A stretch of 64,000 nucleotides of DNA from Dehalococcoidia bacterium (GCA_965219845.1 CBDCOP010000006.1:628496-692495), one strand, 5' to 3'; counted from the stretch's first letter, positions 52,969 through 62,824 are shown. The notes: a model not told the origin generated them from the letters alone. Numbers and translations are program-made.

Positions 52969-53418
52969 TCATGCCGGGGCTTCCACTTTCTTCCGCAGCC
53001 GGTTGAAGAACTCCTCGATGACCTGGGCGCCGGTCGCCCGCAGGATCATGTCGCCGACTATCCCCAGACGGCCCTTGATGTTCACTTCAGCAGCGTAGGT
53101 CAGCTCTGTACTGATTCCGTCCGGAGAGAGGTTCATCGTGATGTCCGAGGTCATCGTGCTCTTCGTCAGCGAGTCCTCTCCTGCAACGTGCGCCGAGAGA
53201 CTCACGGGCTCCTCGGCGTCCACGATCTGCGCGCGGAACCTGAAGTCCCCCGATACCGGACCGACCCTCGCACTCATGCCTCCCTCGAACGTCCGATCGT
53301 CTATCTTGACCAGGTCCTGCAGACCGGGCATGCAGTCCGCGAATTGGTCTATGTCCAGCACCACATCCCAGACTGCCTCAGCCGTAGCTTGCAGCGACAC
53401 CTTCCCCTGGTACTTCAT
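52969..53418 (-). CDS. SRPBCC/CoxG-family protein
   Basis: Trimmed to MKYQGKVSL (CAT 53416-18). 'AEAVWDVVLDIDQFADCMPGLQDL' parallels the CoxG-like 10363..10809. Confidence 0.75.
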   Translation of the reverse strand: MKYQGKVSLQATAEAVWDVVLDIDQFADCMPGLQDLVKIDDRTFEGGMSARVGPVSGDFRFRAQIVDAEEPVSLSAHVAGEDSLTKSTMTSDITMNLSPDGISTELTYAAEVNIKGRLGIVGDMILRATGAQVIEEFFNRLRKKVEAPA

Positions 53419-53521
53419 CCCGCTCCTTCTCCGGTTGGATTGCGCAGGGAGACTATCGCATGCACCCTCCGCGCACAAACGAAGGCTGTTGCAAGTGGGT
53501 GAGCATCTGAGACAGGCGAGA

Positions 53522-54397
53522 TCAGCCTCGTACTACGAGCCGCGCTACCGGAACATCCAGCGCCTCGGCGATGCGCTCCAGGGTTTCGAGGGACGGCACA
53601 TGCTTCCCGCTCTCCAGCCTGCTCAGGTTGGGGCGCTGCATGCCGGAACGCGCCGCCAGTTGAGTGCTGGTCATGCCCTGCGACGTGCGGAAGTTGCGGA
53701 CCCGTGCTCCGATGCGCCCGGCGCGGACAGAGGGAGGCTCAACGCGGGACTGCACCTCGTTCTTGTGATAGGCATACTGCGGCTCGCAGTAGTGGAGGAT
53801 GGCGTCCCAAGGCAACTCAAGGATGTTCCCGGATTCCTGGGTGACCTTGAGGTACTCCTGTGCTTCGCCGATCTCCCACTTGGCAGCTTCCGTATCGTCA
53901 GCACCGGATACTTCGGTGAGGTCCAGTGCGTAGCATTTCCCATTCTCAAAATGAACGATGAGCATCTTGGCCCGCCTGATGTAATCAACCTTGCTCAGAC
54001 GCCTCCCGGCGTCAACACCCAGGCGCTTCTCCAGATAGGAACGTACTTCAGAGGCTGCGTCCGCTTCTCTGCCGAAGAGCATGAACTCCCGCGGCGATTC
54101 CTCCATAGGAGGCAGATCGTCCGGGTCCGAGAGCAAGAAAAGCCAGGGCTTCTCTTTCGCATCAGGGTCTACGAGGAGCGGAGCTGGCCAGAGATCCATG
54201 TCCTCCACCTTCGTGTCCACGATGTACGCCTGCGCTGGCTCGTGGAGCGCATGCTCGAGGTCCGGTTTTACTTCCACCTGAGCCGGAGCGAGCTCGTCCG
54301 TGAGACGATTGGCCAACTCAGACGACGACGTGATAACGCACGCCTTCACCGAGTACGGGATGGATACTTCCTTATTTCTTCGTCTCTTGTCCGTCAT
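53522..54397 (-). CDS. Fusion protein: receiver-like N-domain + DUF2442-like middle + XRE-family HTH
   Basis: Starts at MTDKRRRNKEV (CAT 54395-97; alternative start 54421). The C-terminus 'IGARVRNFRTSQGMTSTQLAARSGMQRPNLSRLESGKHVPSLETLERIAEAL' is an XRE HTH. The middle, 'LIVHFENGKCYALDL...LPWDAILHYCEP', is DUF2442-like. The N-terminus has an alternating beta/alpha pattern like REC, but without the acidic pocket. Confidence 0.6.
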   Translation of the reverse strand: MTDKRRRNKEVSIPYSVKACVITSSSELANRLTDELAPAQVEVKPDLEHALHEPAQAYIVDTKVEDMDLWPAPLLVDPDAKEKPWLFLLSDPDDLPPMEESPREFMLFGREADAASEVRSYLEKRLGVDAGRRLSKVDYIRRAKMLIVHFENGKCYALDLTEVSGADDTEAAKWEIGEAQEYLKVTQESGNILELPWDAILHYCEPQYAYHKNEVQSRVEPPSVRAGRIGARVRNFRTSQGMTSTQLAARSGMQRPNLSRLESGKHVPSLETLERIAEALDVPVARLVVRG

Positions 54398-54596
54398 CGT
54401 CGTCCTCCAGCAGGTAGCCAAGGGTTCGCAGGGCGTTCCGTAAGCGCCGCCCGACGCTGAAATCGTCCATCGGGCGTTGGTGTTCGATGTCCCATCGGCC
54501 TATCTCCGCTTCTCCTCTCCAGATGTGGACGTGCAGCGGCTCGTGGTCGCCCACCCAGCTCTTGAAGAGGTAGCCGCCTGCCCGCCTTACGCCCAC
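54372..54596 (-). CDS. DUF4160-domain protein
   Basis: 74 aa with a GTG start. 'GYLFKSWVGDHEPLHVHIWRGEAEIGRWDIE' matches the DUF4160 pattern. It has an acidic C-terminal tail and overlaps the downstream gene by 26 nt. Confidence 0.65.
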   Translation of the reverse strand: MGVRRAGGYLFKSWVGDHEPLHVHIWRGEAEIGRWDIEHQRPMDDFSVGRRLRNALRTLGYLLEDDDDGQETKK

Positions 54597-54751
54597 AGGC
54601 TCAACCTGAACCGGAATGTATCACACATGATACGGCACTGCAACCCCCTGCGAGACAAAGACAATGATCGCCCATGACGGTCGTACGTAACAGACCACCC
54701 CGCTCGCGAGGTGGTCTGAGGTTGGCCGTGTGGTCGAGGCGCGCAGGCGCC

Positions 54752-55387
54752 CTACGCTTCAGGGAACATGCCCACTTCCCGCTGCTTCGGGCCGTAGCCC
54801 TGCCAGTACTCCCCCGTCTGAGCGTCGTAGCGCCCCTGGAGGAAGCCGCCTGACTTCTCGCTGCGGATGATGATGGCCACTGTCTGCTCGCCCAGGCTGC
54901 GCTCGGCGTGTATCTCGTACGGGCGCACCAGGTCTACGGAGCCCGGCTCCACATTGAAATTGCCGGCCTCCTCGATGGGCACGTAATCCGGGCGGCGCTC
55001 CGCCCCCTCGACAGGGCGGTAGCGCTCGATCGTCTCGTGGCCCGCCAGCACGCCGTAGAGCGTGTAGATGTGGGCGTGGTCGTGGATCCCGCGCCAGGTC
55101 GGGTGCTCCGGGTTAACGACGGGCTTTCCCCTGACCTCGCGCTTCAGTCCGTTGATCGCGAACCCGTAGTCCGGGTCCTCGTAGAAAAGCAGGTTCTCGG
55201 CGCGGTCCGTGAAGACGTTGGCGGGCCACTCAGCCGAGGCCTCCTGCACGGTGAGGTCGGCGAGGAACTCCTGCAGCACCGGTGTCAACGACACCCAGCG
55301 CTTCTCCAGGTCCGGCTCGCTGGCGAACAGCTCGCGCGTCTTCGCGATGAACCTGTCCAGAGCGGTCTCAGTCGTTACCGTGGTCAT
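54752..55387 (-). CDS. Cupin-fold metalloprotein (cysteine-dioxygenase-type-I-like, COG5553-like)
   Basis: 211 aa with 'GIHDHAHIYTLYGVLAGHE' and 'VRPYEIHAERS'. The family assignment is tentative. Confidence 0.55.
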   Translation of the reverse strand: MTTVTTETALDRFIAKTRELFASEPDLEKRWVSLTPVLQEFLADLTVQEASAEWPANVFTDRAENLLFYEDPDYGFAINGLKREVRGKPVVNPEHPTWRGIHDHAHIYTLYGVLAGHETIERYRPVEGAERRPDYVPIEEAGNFNVEPGSVDLVRPYEIHAERSLGEQTVAIIIRSEKSGGFLQGRYDAQTGEYWQGYGPKQREVGMFPEA

Positions 55388-55405
55388 GGCTTCTCCTCCC
55401 TCCGG

Positions 55406-56563
55406 CTACACGCTGGCTGGAACTTCCGCGAGTTTGTAGAGACTGGCGCAATTATCCCAGAGTATCTTCTTCTTGTCCTCATCCGGGATGCCGAGCCTGA
55501 GGAAACTGGATACCGCATCCGGGTACCTGGAGTCCCCGTGCGGGTAGTCGGTCGAGAACACCATCTTGTCGCTGCCCACCCAGTCTATGGCGTATTTCGC
55601 GGGCTCCTCGTCCGGTTCTACAGAGATCCAGCACTGCCGCTTAAAGTACTCCGTGGGCGCCATCGTAAGTTCGGGCACGCACACGTCCGCCTCCCGCTCA
55701 TACCCCTCGTCGAGCCGCCAGAGCAGCCACGGCGCCCACGCGCAGTTCGCCTCCAGGAAGGCCGCACGCAGACGGGGGTGACGCTCCAGCACACCGCCAC
55801 CGCAGAAGCTCGCGAGCGCCATCATCTGTTCAACCGGCTGCGCGAACACACGGCGCAGCATGAAGTTCGGTCCGAAGTGGTCGCCCACCTGGCGCGCGCC
55901 GGATGATGATGCCTCATGGAACCCGATGGGAATGTCGTACTCTTCGAGCGCGCTCCACAGCGGATCGTAGAACGGGTCGTGCCAGGGCTTGTCAGTCATC
56001 TGGTTGGAGCGCATGAATACCGCACGGAAGCCCAACTCGTTCACGGCGCGCTCAACTTCCGCCACGGCGTCGTCCATGTCGAACGGGGACACCATCGCTG
56101 CGCCGATGAGCCTGTTCGGCGCGGGCGCGCAGAACTCGGACAGCCAATCGTTGTAGGCACGCGCCAGCGCCGCCGCAAACGGCGGGTCCATGAACGGCTC
56201 GGCCAGCGTGTGCAGCCCACGCGTCGGAAAGAGCACCGCGACGTCCAGCCCCTCCACGTCCATCGCTTCCAACTGCACCTCGGTGGACCATCCCCGCGCA
56301 GCGTGGGTCGCGTAGAGCTTCTGGTTGCGCTCGTAGTTGTGGCCGCCGGGCTGATTCGGGTTGCGCGACGCGCCCACATTCTGTGAACGCGCTCCCCATG
56401 GCCTGCCGTCTGGGTGGACCGTACGAAGGTCGCGCACGTTATCCGACGTAACGCCCACCTGCCCGTAGTCCCGGTATTTCTTGTCCGTGTACCGCTGCCA
56501 CAGGTCCGGCGGTTCCATGATGTGCATGTCGCTGTCTACGATCCTGAACCCGCCCTTGGCCAT
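55406..56563 (-). CDS. Amidohydrolase-2 family protein (ACMSD-like metal-dependent hydrolase/decarboxylase)
   Basis: 385 aa with 'FRIVDSDMHIMEPPDLW', 'IGFHE' and 'MVFSTDYPHGD'. Confidence 0.85.
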   Translation of the reverse strand: MAKGGFRIVDSDMHIMEPPDLWQRYTDKKYRDYGQVGVTSDNVRDLRTVHPDGRPWGARSQNVGASRNPNQPGGHNYERNQKLYATHAARGWSTEVQLEAMDVEGLDVAVLFPTRGLHTLAEPFMDPPFAAALARAYNDWLSEFCAPAPNRLIGAAMVSPFDMDDAVAEVERAVNELGFRAVFMRSNQMTDKPWHDPFYDPLWSALEEYDIPIGFHEASSSGARQVGDHFGPNFMLRRVFAQPVEQMMALASFCGGGVLERHPRLRAAFLEANCAWAPWLLWRLDEGYEREADVCVPELTMAPTEYFKRQCWISVEPDEEPAKYAIDWVGSDKMVFSTDYPHGDSRYPDAVSSFLRLGIPDEDKKKILWDNCASLYKLAEVPASV

Positions 56564-56573
56564 CGCCGCCCTC

Positions 56574-57671
56574 CTATCTCCCGGGTTCGCCGTTCGGCAA
56601 TATCACCGCTACCATCGCTTCGAGACGCTCGTGCGCCTCGAATCCGTCATTCACTTCCTCCAACTCGTACCGGTGCGTGATGAGTTTCTCCACCGGCCTG
56701 TCCACGATTGTACGCATCGCCTGCAACGAGCGGATGATATGACGAGGGCCCGCCGAGAAGACACCCTGCACGCGGATCACCTTGCGCGTGAGCAGCGCCG
56801 GGTTCGCGGAGAGCAGGCCGTAGTCCGTCCACTGGCCTATGACGAGATAGCGCCCGCCGAAGCGCACCATCTCCAGACCCTCGCGGAACGCCGTCAGCCC
56901 GCCGGACGCCTCGACGATGAGGTCGCCGCCGCGTCCGCCGGTGAGCTCCATCACGCGTTCGACGCGCGCTTCAGGCGTCGGATACTCGTCGATGTCGACA
57001 GTCTCGCTCGCGCCGAGCGTCCGGGCGAGTTCCAGCCTGCTCTCCGGCGCACCGACAACGATGACCCGCCCTGCCCCGCCGAGCAGCACCTGGTTGAGCA
57101 CCCCCATTCCGATGGGGCCCGAGCCCTGCACGACCACGGTGTCCGCCAGGTTTACGCCGCCGATGCGGTCTATGCCGTTCAGCGCCGTGTGATTGCCGAC
57201 GACGCTCAGCAGCGCGCGCTCGTTCGAAACGTCGTCCGGAACGCGCAGAAGCCACGGCGTCGCGCTCAGCTGGATGTACTGCCCGAAGCCGCCTCGCAGA
57301 TGCGGCGCCGTGTCGGAGCGAAGCATCCCGTACGACCGCGTGTTCTGGCACGACTCGCCCATCGCACAGCGGAGGCAGCGCCCGCATGGCGCGTCGCGGA
57401 AGATGACGCGGTCGCCCACGCGCAGCGGCTGACCGAGCACGTCCGTGTTGATGTCCGGCGAGACTTCCGCAAGGACGCCGACGTTCTCGTGGCCGAAGAT
57501 CGTCGGCGCCGGCGTGGCGTCCAGGTGCCATGCGTGCACGTCCGTGCCGCATATGGCGGCCATCTGCATCTGCACGAGTGCCCCGCCCGGCTCCATCGGC
57601 AGCACCGGGAACTCCTGCACCTCCAACGGCCGGTTCGCTCCAACGAAAACAGCAGCCTTGCACGTCGTCAT
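56574..57671 (-). CDS. Zinc-dependent alcohol dehydrogenase family protein
   Basis: ORF 56574..57956 trimmed to 'MTTCKAAVFVG' (CAT 57669-71). It has 'ICGTDVHAW', 'GHENVG' and the NAD motif 'VVVQGSGPIG'. Confidence 0.85.
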   Translation of the reverse strand: MTTCKAAVFVGANRPLEVQEFPVLPMEPGGALVQMQMAAICGTDVHAWHLDATPAPTIFGHENVGVLAEVSPDINTDVLGQPLRVGDRVIFRDAPCGRCLRCAMGESCQNTRSYGMLRSDTAPHLRGGFGQYIQLSATPWLLRVPDDVSNERALLSVVGNHTALNGIDRIGGVNLADTVVVQGSGPIGMGVLNQVLLGGAGRVIVVGAPESRLELARTLGASETVDIDEYPTPEARVERVMELTGGRGGDLIVEASGGLTAFREGLEMVRFGGRYLVIGQWTDYGLLSANPALLTRKVIRVQGVFSAGPRHIIRSLQAMRTIVDRPVEKLITHRYELEEVNDGFEAHERLEAMVAVILPNGEPGR

Positions 57672-57676
57672 GCGCT

Positions 57677-58657
57677 TCACTCCCCCGTCAGTTCCAGCCG
57701 TTCCGTCCATTCGAGCCAGTCGCGTACGGCCGCCTCCGGAGGATACTGCGGCTCGTAGCCCAGCTCCCGGCGGGCGCGGCTGATGTCCAACGCAAAATAG
57801 GCCCGCGGGCCCATACCGCGGGGGTCCAGCCCCGGCCCGATGTCGATCTGCGCGCCGGGGATAACGGTGCGGACGGCGTCCGCGAAATCGTTGAGCGTAT
57901 ACGTGCGGCCGCTCCCGATGTGGAAGACGTGGCCTTCGAAACTGTCCACCGTGCACGCGCGAACGACGCTCTGCGCCACGTCTCGCACGTAGGTCAGGTC
58001 GAGCCGCTGCTCGCCGCCCTGTGGGATGGCGATGGGGCGGCCTGCGAGGGCGCTCCGTATCAACCGGCCCCAGATCACGTCGTGGCTGCCGTGGCGCTCC
58101 ACCCCTTTACCGAGCCCGTAGATGCCGGCGAAACGCAGGGCGGCGAAATCGATGCCGTAGAGCCGGTGGTACTGGATACCCATCAGCTCAGAGGCCGTCT
58201 TCGCCGCGCCATAAACACTCTTGATGGGGTACGCCGGAAACGTCTCGTCCACCGGGACCATCTGCGGCCCCAGGTGCTCGTCGGTCATGGGCGAGAGGGC
58301 GCCTATCGAACTCGTGAAGGCGACGCGGTCAATGCCGTTCCGCTGCGCCGCCTCCAGCACGTAGACCGTCGCTAGAGCGTTCACTGAGAAGCCGCGCACG
58401 GGATCGGCATCCGCGGCGTCCGGATAGACCGCTGCGAGATGGCAGACGCGCTCGATGCGGTGCTCCTCGCAGACGCGGGTCAACTGCTCCAGTGACGTGA
58501 TGTCGCCCTCGACGAACGCAAACTCGCTGCTCACGTCCCGCAGCAAAGTGAAATCGGGCCGGTTGTCGAACACGACGGGCTCGTGACCCATCGTGAGCAG
58601 GTCGCGGGTCACCCAGCACCCGTTCACCCCGAGCCCGCCTGTCACAAGGATGCGCAA
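57677..58657 (-). CDS. NAD-dependent epimerase/dehydratase (extended SDR)
   Basis: 326 aa with 'MRILVTGGLGVNG' and the 'YGAAK' catalytic motif. Confidence 0.85.
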   Translation of the reverse strand: MRILVTGGLGVNGCWVTRDLLTMGHEPVVFDNRPDFTLLRDVSSEFAFVEGDITSLEQLTRVCEEHRIERVCHLAAVYPDAADADPVRGFSVNALATVYVLEAAQRNGIDRVAFTSSIGALSPMTDEHLGPQMVPVDETFPAYPIKSVYGAAKTASELMGIQYHRLYGIDFAALRFAGIYGLGKGVERHGSHDVIWGRLIRSALAGRPIAIPQGGEQRLDLTYVRDVAQSVVRACTVDSFEGHVFHIGSGRTYTLNDFADAVRTVIPGAQIDIGPGLDPRGMGPRAYFALDISRARRELGYEPQYPPEAAVRDWLEWTERLELTGE

Positions 58658-58829
58658 CGCCGCTTCCCTTCACCCTGCGGACCACCGCCTTTGCCGCGGA
58701 GTCCGTCGTGTTCCGTGGCGATAACCTATGCACACGGAGAACGACTGTCAAACCCGCGCACCGCTTTGCGCGAACGCCGCGCGCGGCTCTATAGTCGCCT
58801 CCGATTTCACAGAGCGAGGCTGGTCCCCG

Positions 58830-60878
58830 ATGAAGACAGTTGCGGTTGACACGGGCGGAACATTCACCGACATGGTCGTGCTCGAGCACGAGTCCGGCGA
58901 AGTCGACGTACTCAAGGTCCCGTCCACGCCCCATGACCCCGGACGCGCGATCCTGGACGGCTTGCGCGAACTGATGGACGGCAACCTCGAGGCCGAGGAC
59001 GTCGCCTCGTTCGCCCACGGCACCACGGTCGGCACGAACATCCTTGTGCAGGACAAGGGCGCCCGCGTGGGCCTGCTCATCACCGACGGTTTCAGCGGCG
59101 TGAACGACGTCTGGCACATCCCCCGGTTCGGCAGCGACCTGTCCGACATTTACGTCGAGAAGAACCCGCCCGTGGAGCCATGGCTCCGCGAGGAAGTCGT
59201 TGAGCGCGTGGACTACCGGGGCAACGTGAAGAAGCCGCTGGACGTGGAGCAGGCGCGGAAGGCCGTGCGGCGTTTGAAGAAGAAGGGTGCAGAGTCCGTC
59301 GCGGTCGTCCTGCTGTTCTCGTTCCTGAACCCGGAGCACGAGCGTGCACTCGGAGAGATGATTCGGGAGGAGTTCCCGGACGGCTCTGTGTCGCTCTCGT
59401 CCGAGATCCTGCCGCAGATACGCGAGTTCCCGCGCCTCAGCACGACCGTCGCGAACGCACGTCTCGCTCCCGCCATGATCGACTACCTCGGCAAGCTTGC
59501 CGAGGGGCTGCGCGGCCTCGGCATCACCACCGAGCAGTTGTACATCATGCAGAGCAACGGGGGCGTCGCGAAGATCACGAGCGTCATCCCCATCACCACC
59601 CTGCTCTCCGGCCCCTGCGCCGGTTCCAAGGCGGGGATGCAGATAGCCGACTCCGCCGGGTTCTCCAACATGGTCTCGTTCGACATGGGGGGGACGAGTA
59701 GCGACATCGCCCTCGGCGAGAATGGCTCAGTGCTGGAGCAGACCTCCGTGCTCATCGGTGACTGGGAGATCGCCGCGCCGATGCTGATGATCAACACCAT
59801 CGGCGCGGGCGGCGGCACCATCGCGTGGATAGACGGCGGCGGCGCGCTACAGGTTGGCCCGCACAGCGCGGGCGCCGACCCCGGCCCGGTCGCATACGAC
59901 AAGGGCGGCACTCAGCCGACCGTGACCGACGCCAACCTGCTGCTCGGACTCCTCCACCCGGAGCACCTGCTGGGCGGCAAGGTAAAGACGAACAGGCAGA
60001 AGGCGTACGAGGCCGTCGCCGACGTGGGCAGGCAGCTCGGCATCGAGCCGATGGCCACTGCTGAGGGCATCATTCGCATCATCAACGCGAAGATGGAAGA
60101 AGGCATCCGCGAGGTCTCGACCGAGCGCGGGTACGACCTCCGCAACTTCGTGCTCGTCGCGTTCGGGGGCGCGGGGCCGGTGCACGCCGGAAGGCTGGCT
60201 GCCGACCTCGGCATGAGCAAGGTCGTCGTGCCGCCGATGCCGGGGGTGAGCTCGGCCCTCGGCCTCATCATGGCGGACCCGCGCCGCGACTTCGTGCGCT
60301 CCCGCCTCACCGACCTCGAACAGCTGGGCGCAGGCGAACTTGGCTTGATCTTCGCGGCGCTGCGCGACCACGCGATCGGCGAGTTCGAGGCGGACGGCTT
60401 CGACGAGGACTCCATCGGCTGCGCATTCTCGGTGGACCTGCGCTACCAGGGCCAGGGCTACGAGTTGAACGTTCCCGCTGGCGACGACGCGAATCTGAAC
60501 CCTCAGGCCATCGCGGACATACGGCAGCGGTTCGACCAGGCGCACGAGCAGTTGTTCGGCCACAGCGCGAAGACGGAGCCGGTGGAGGCGGTGAACTACC
60601 GCGTCCGCGCGACGGTGCGCGTGCCAAAGTTTGCCATGAAGCGCCACGAGCGCGCCGACGGCCCCGCGGACACCGCGAAGACCGGCGAGCGCGAGGTGTA
60701 CTTCGACCGTGCATCCGGCATGACGCCGACGCCGGTGTACGAGCGCACGCTGCTCGCGCCCGGCCACGAGGTCGCCGGCCCGGCTATCGTCGAGCAGTTG
60801 GACAGCACAACGGTCGTCTACCCCGGCCAGCAGGCGCTGGTGGACGACTACGGGAACCTGATCATCTCCATCGGATAG
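58830..60878 (+). CDS. hyuA: Hydantoinase/oxoprolinase A subunit (HyuA-like)
   Basis: ORF 58728..60878 trimmed to 'MKTVAVDTGGTFTDMVV' (ATG 58830). Confidence 0.9.
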   Translation: MKTVAVDTGGTFTDMVVLEHESGEVDVLKVPSTPHDPGRAILDGLRELMDGNLEAEDVASFAHGTTVGTNILVQDKGARVGLLITDGFSGVNDVWHIPRFGSDLSDIYVEKNPPVEPWLREEVVERVDYRGNVKKPLDVEQARKAVRRLKKKGAESVAVVLLFSFLNPEHERALGEMIREEFPDGSVSLSSEILPQIREFPRLSTTVANARLAPAMIDYLGKLAEGLRGLGITTEQLYIMQSNGGVAKITSVIPITTLLSGPCAGSKAGMQIADSAGFSNMVSFDMGGTSSDIALGENGSVLEQTSVLIGDWEIAAPMLMINTIGAGGGTIAWIDGGGALQVGPHSAGADPGPVAYDKGGTQPTVTDANLLLGLLHPEHLLGGKVKTNRQKAYEAVADVGRQLGIEPMATAEGIIRIINAKMEEGIREVSTERGYDLRNFVLVAFGGAGPVHAGRLAADLGMSKVVVPPMPGVSSALGLIMADPRRDFVRSRLTDLEQLGAGELGLIFAALRDHAIGEFEADGFDEDSIGCAFSVDLRYQGQGYELNVPAGDDANLNPQAIADIRQRFDQAHEQLFGHSAKTEPVEAVNYRVRATVRVPKFAMKRHERADGPADTAKTGEREVYFDRASGMTPTPVYERTLLAPGHEVAGPAIVEQLDSTTVVYPGQQALVDDYGNLIISIG

Positions 60879-60955
60879 AGGCCGGCGGATGTCGGCATTT
60901 CACCACTCTGATCGCGTAACAGTCCGGTAGCAGCCGCGGAAGAGAGGCAAAGGGC

Positions 60956-62656
60956 ATGAGCACCACGGACGTCATCACCCAGGAGGTCATCCGTGCCCGG
61001 CTGGACGGCATCGTACGCGAGATGCAGGCTGCCGTCCTCCGGACCGGCTTCTCCACCATCATCCGCGAGTCCCACGACTTCTCCGCGGGCATCACCGACC
61101 GCGACGGCAACGTCGTCGGCCAGTACTCGCCCCTGCCCCCGCACCTCGGCGCGTACCCGGAGTGCGTGCAGGGCATCCTCCGGTTCTACTCGTTCGACGA
61201 GATGGAGGAAGGCGACTGCTTCCTCATCAACCACCCTTACTACTCCGGTTGCCCGCACCCGAACGACATGGTAGTTGTGCTGCCCGTGTTCCACGAAGGC
61301 GAGGTCATCGCGTTCTGCGCCAGCATGGGGCACAAGGCGGACATCGGTGGGCAGTCGCCCGGCTCGCGCAACACGATTGCCCGCGACGTGTTCGGAGACG
61401 GCCTGCAGATCATGCCCGTGCTCTTCCAGCGCGGCGGCGAGATGCACAAGGAGGTCGTGCAGTTCCTGCGGGCGAACAGCCGCACACCGGAGCTGGTCAT
61501 AGGCGACCTGAACGCCCAGGCCGGCGCGCTGCGCAGCATCGGCGCAATGCGGCTGAACGCGCTCGCGAACGAGTACGGCGGCGAGACGCTCACCGCCGCG
61601 TTCGGCGACATCGTGCGGCGCGTCGAGGCGCGCGTCCGGGGCCACTTCGCCGAGTGGGCCGACGGCGAATCCGAGGCGGAGGCTCTCGTCGACGACATCG
61701 TCGATCCCTCGAAGACGATCCGCCTGCACGTCGCGGCCATCAAGCAGGGCGACTCGCTCGTCCTCGACTTCTCCGGCTCCGGCGACCAGAGCGCCGGGCC
61801 CATCAACGTGCGCCCGCCCTTCATACGCGGCATGGCCTACTTCGCCGCCATCGCCATGATGGACCCCAGCGTCCCGAACAACGGCGGGCTCGCCCGCGCC
61901 ATCGAGTGCCGCTTCCGCGAGGGGAGCATCACGGACCCCCGCTTTCCCGCTCCGGTGGGGTTCTACTCGACGACGATGGCCTCTATAGAGGACGTGGTGT
62001 TCGAGGCGATGAGCAAGGCCGCCGGACGCCCGGCCGTCGCGCACAACGCCTCCTCCTCGATGGTTGTGCTCGGCTCGTCCGGCGCGGGCCGCGCGCGCTA
62101 CGTACAGTACGAGTTGCTACGCGCGGGCGACGGAGCGCATTCCGGCGGCGACGGCGTCACCGGCACCGGCCACTCGTGGGCCGGCGGCTCCAAGTTCACG
62201 AGCGTCGAGATACTCGAGTCCGAGTTCGACGTGGAACTGCAGCGGTTCGCTGTCATCCCGGACTCCGGAGGACCGGGCGCAAACCGTGGCGGCCATGGCA
62301 TCCGCCGCGAGTACAAGGTGTTGAGGGAGAGCAGGTACTCCGGCGGCACTTCCCGGCAGAACGACCCTCCCCATGGCGTCGAAGGCGGGCTGCCCGGACG
62401 CCCCGGCGTCATCACCATCAATCCCGGAACGGAGAACGCCGCCGAGTACCGCGGCCTCGTCTCCAACCTGTTGCTCAACGCGGGCGACGTCATCCGCATC
62501 GACACGGGCAGCGCAGGCGGCGCGGGCGACCCGCGGCAGCGCGACCCCGCGCTCGCCGCGTCGGACCTGCGCAACGGCTACATCACGCCGGAGCAGGCCG
62601 CAAACGTCTACGGGCTCGACGCCACGGCCATCGAGCAGGCGCTGTCGCTGGAGTAG
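60956..62656 (+). CDS. hyuB: Hydantoinase B/oxoprolinase subunit (HyuB-like)
   Basis: 566 aa with 'DVITQEVIRARLDGIVREMQAAVLRTGFSTIIRESHDFSAGI'. Confidence 0.9.
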   Translation: MSTTDVITQEVIRARLDGIVREMQAAVLRTGFSTIIRESHDFSAGITDRDGNVVGQYSPLPPHLGAYPECVQGILRFYSFDEMEEGDCFLINHPYYSGCPHPNDMVVVLPVFHEGEVIAFCASMGHKADIGGQSPGSRNTIARDVFGDGLQIMPVLFQRGGEMHKEVVQFLRANSRTPELVIGDLNAQAGALRSIGAMRLNALANEYGGETLTAAFGDIVRRVEARVRGHFAEWADGESEAEALVDDIVDPSKTIRLHVAAIKQGDSLVLDFSGSGDQSAGPINVRPPFIRGMAYFAAIAMMDPSVPNNGGLARAIECRFREGSITDPRFPAPVGFYSTTMASIEDVVFEAMSKAAGRPAVAHNASSSMVVLGSSGAGRARYVQYELLRAGDGAHSGGDGVTGTGHSWAGGSKFTSVEILESEFDVELQRFAVIPDSGGPGANRGGHGIRREYKVLRESRYSGGTSRQNDPPHGVEGGLPGRPGVITINPGTENAAEYRGLVSNLLLNAGDVIRIDTGSAGGAGDPRQRDPALAASDLRNGYITPEQAANVYGLDATAIEQALSLE

Positions 62657-62680
62657 GCTCCAAGAGAACTTCCGGGGGAC

Positions 62681-62824
62681 ACAGCTGTTCATTTCTGCTC
62701 ATTGGCCCAATCTCACCTCTAGATCCGGGGCTGCCGATGAGCAGTTAGATTGCTCAATACTGCCAATTCGCTGTTCATCAATGCTCATCAACCTTCCAAA
62801 AGTGCTCTTTTCTGCTCATCAGTG
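62681..62824. promoter_or_regulatory. Low-GC intergenic block with repeated TGCTCAT heptamers (possible operator array)
   Basis: 'gctgttcatttctgctcat' (62684-62702) and 'gctgttcatcaatgctcat' (62770-62788) are 16/19 identical. There is a further 'ttctgctcat' at 62809-62818, an inverted 'atgagca' at about 62737, and 'ttgctcaa' at about 62750. Confidence 0.3.
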
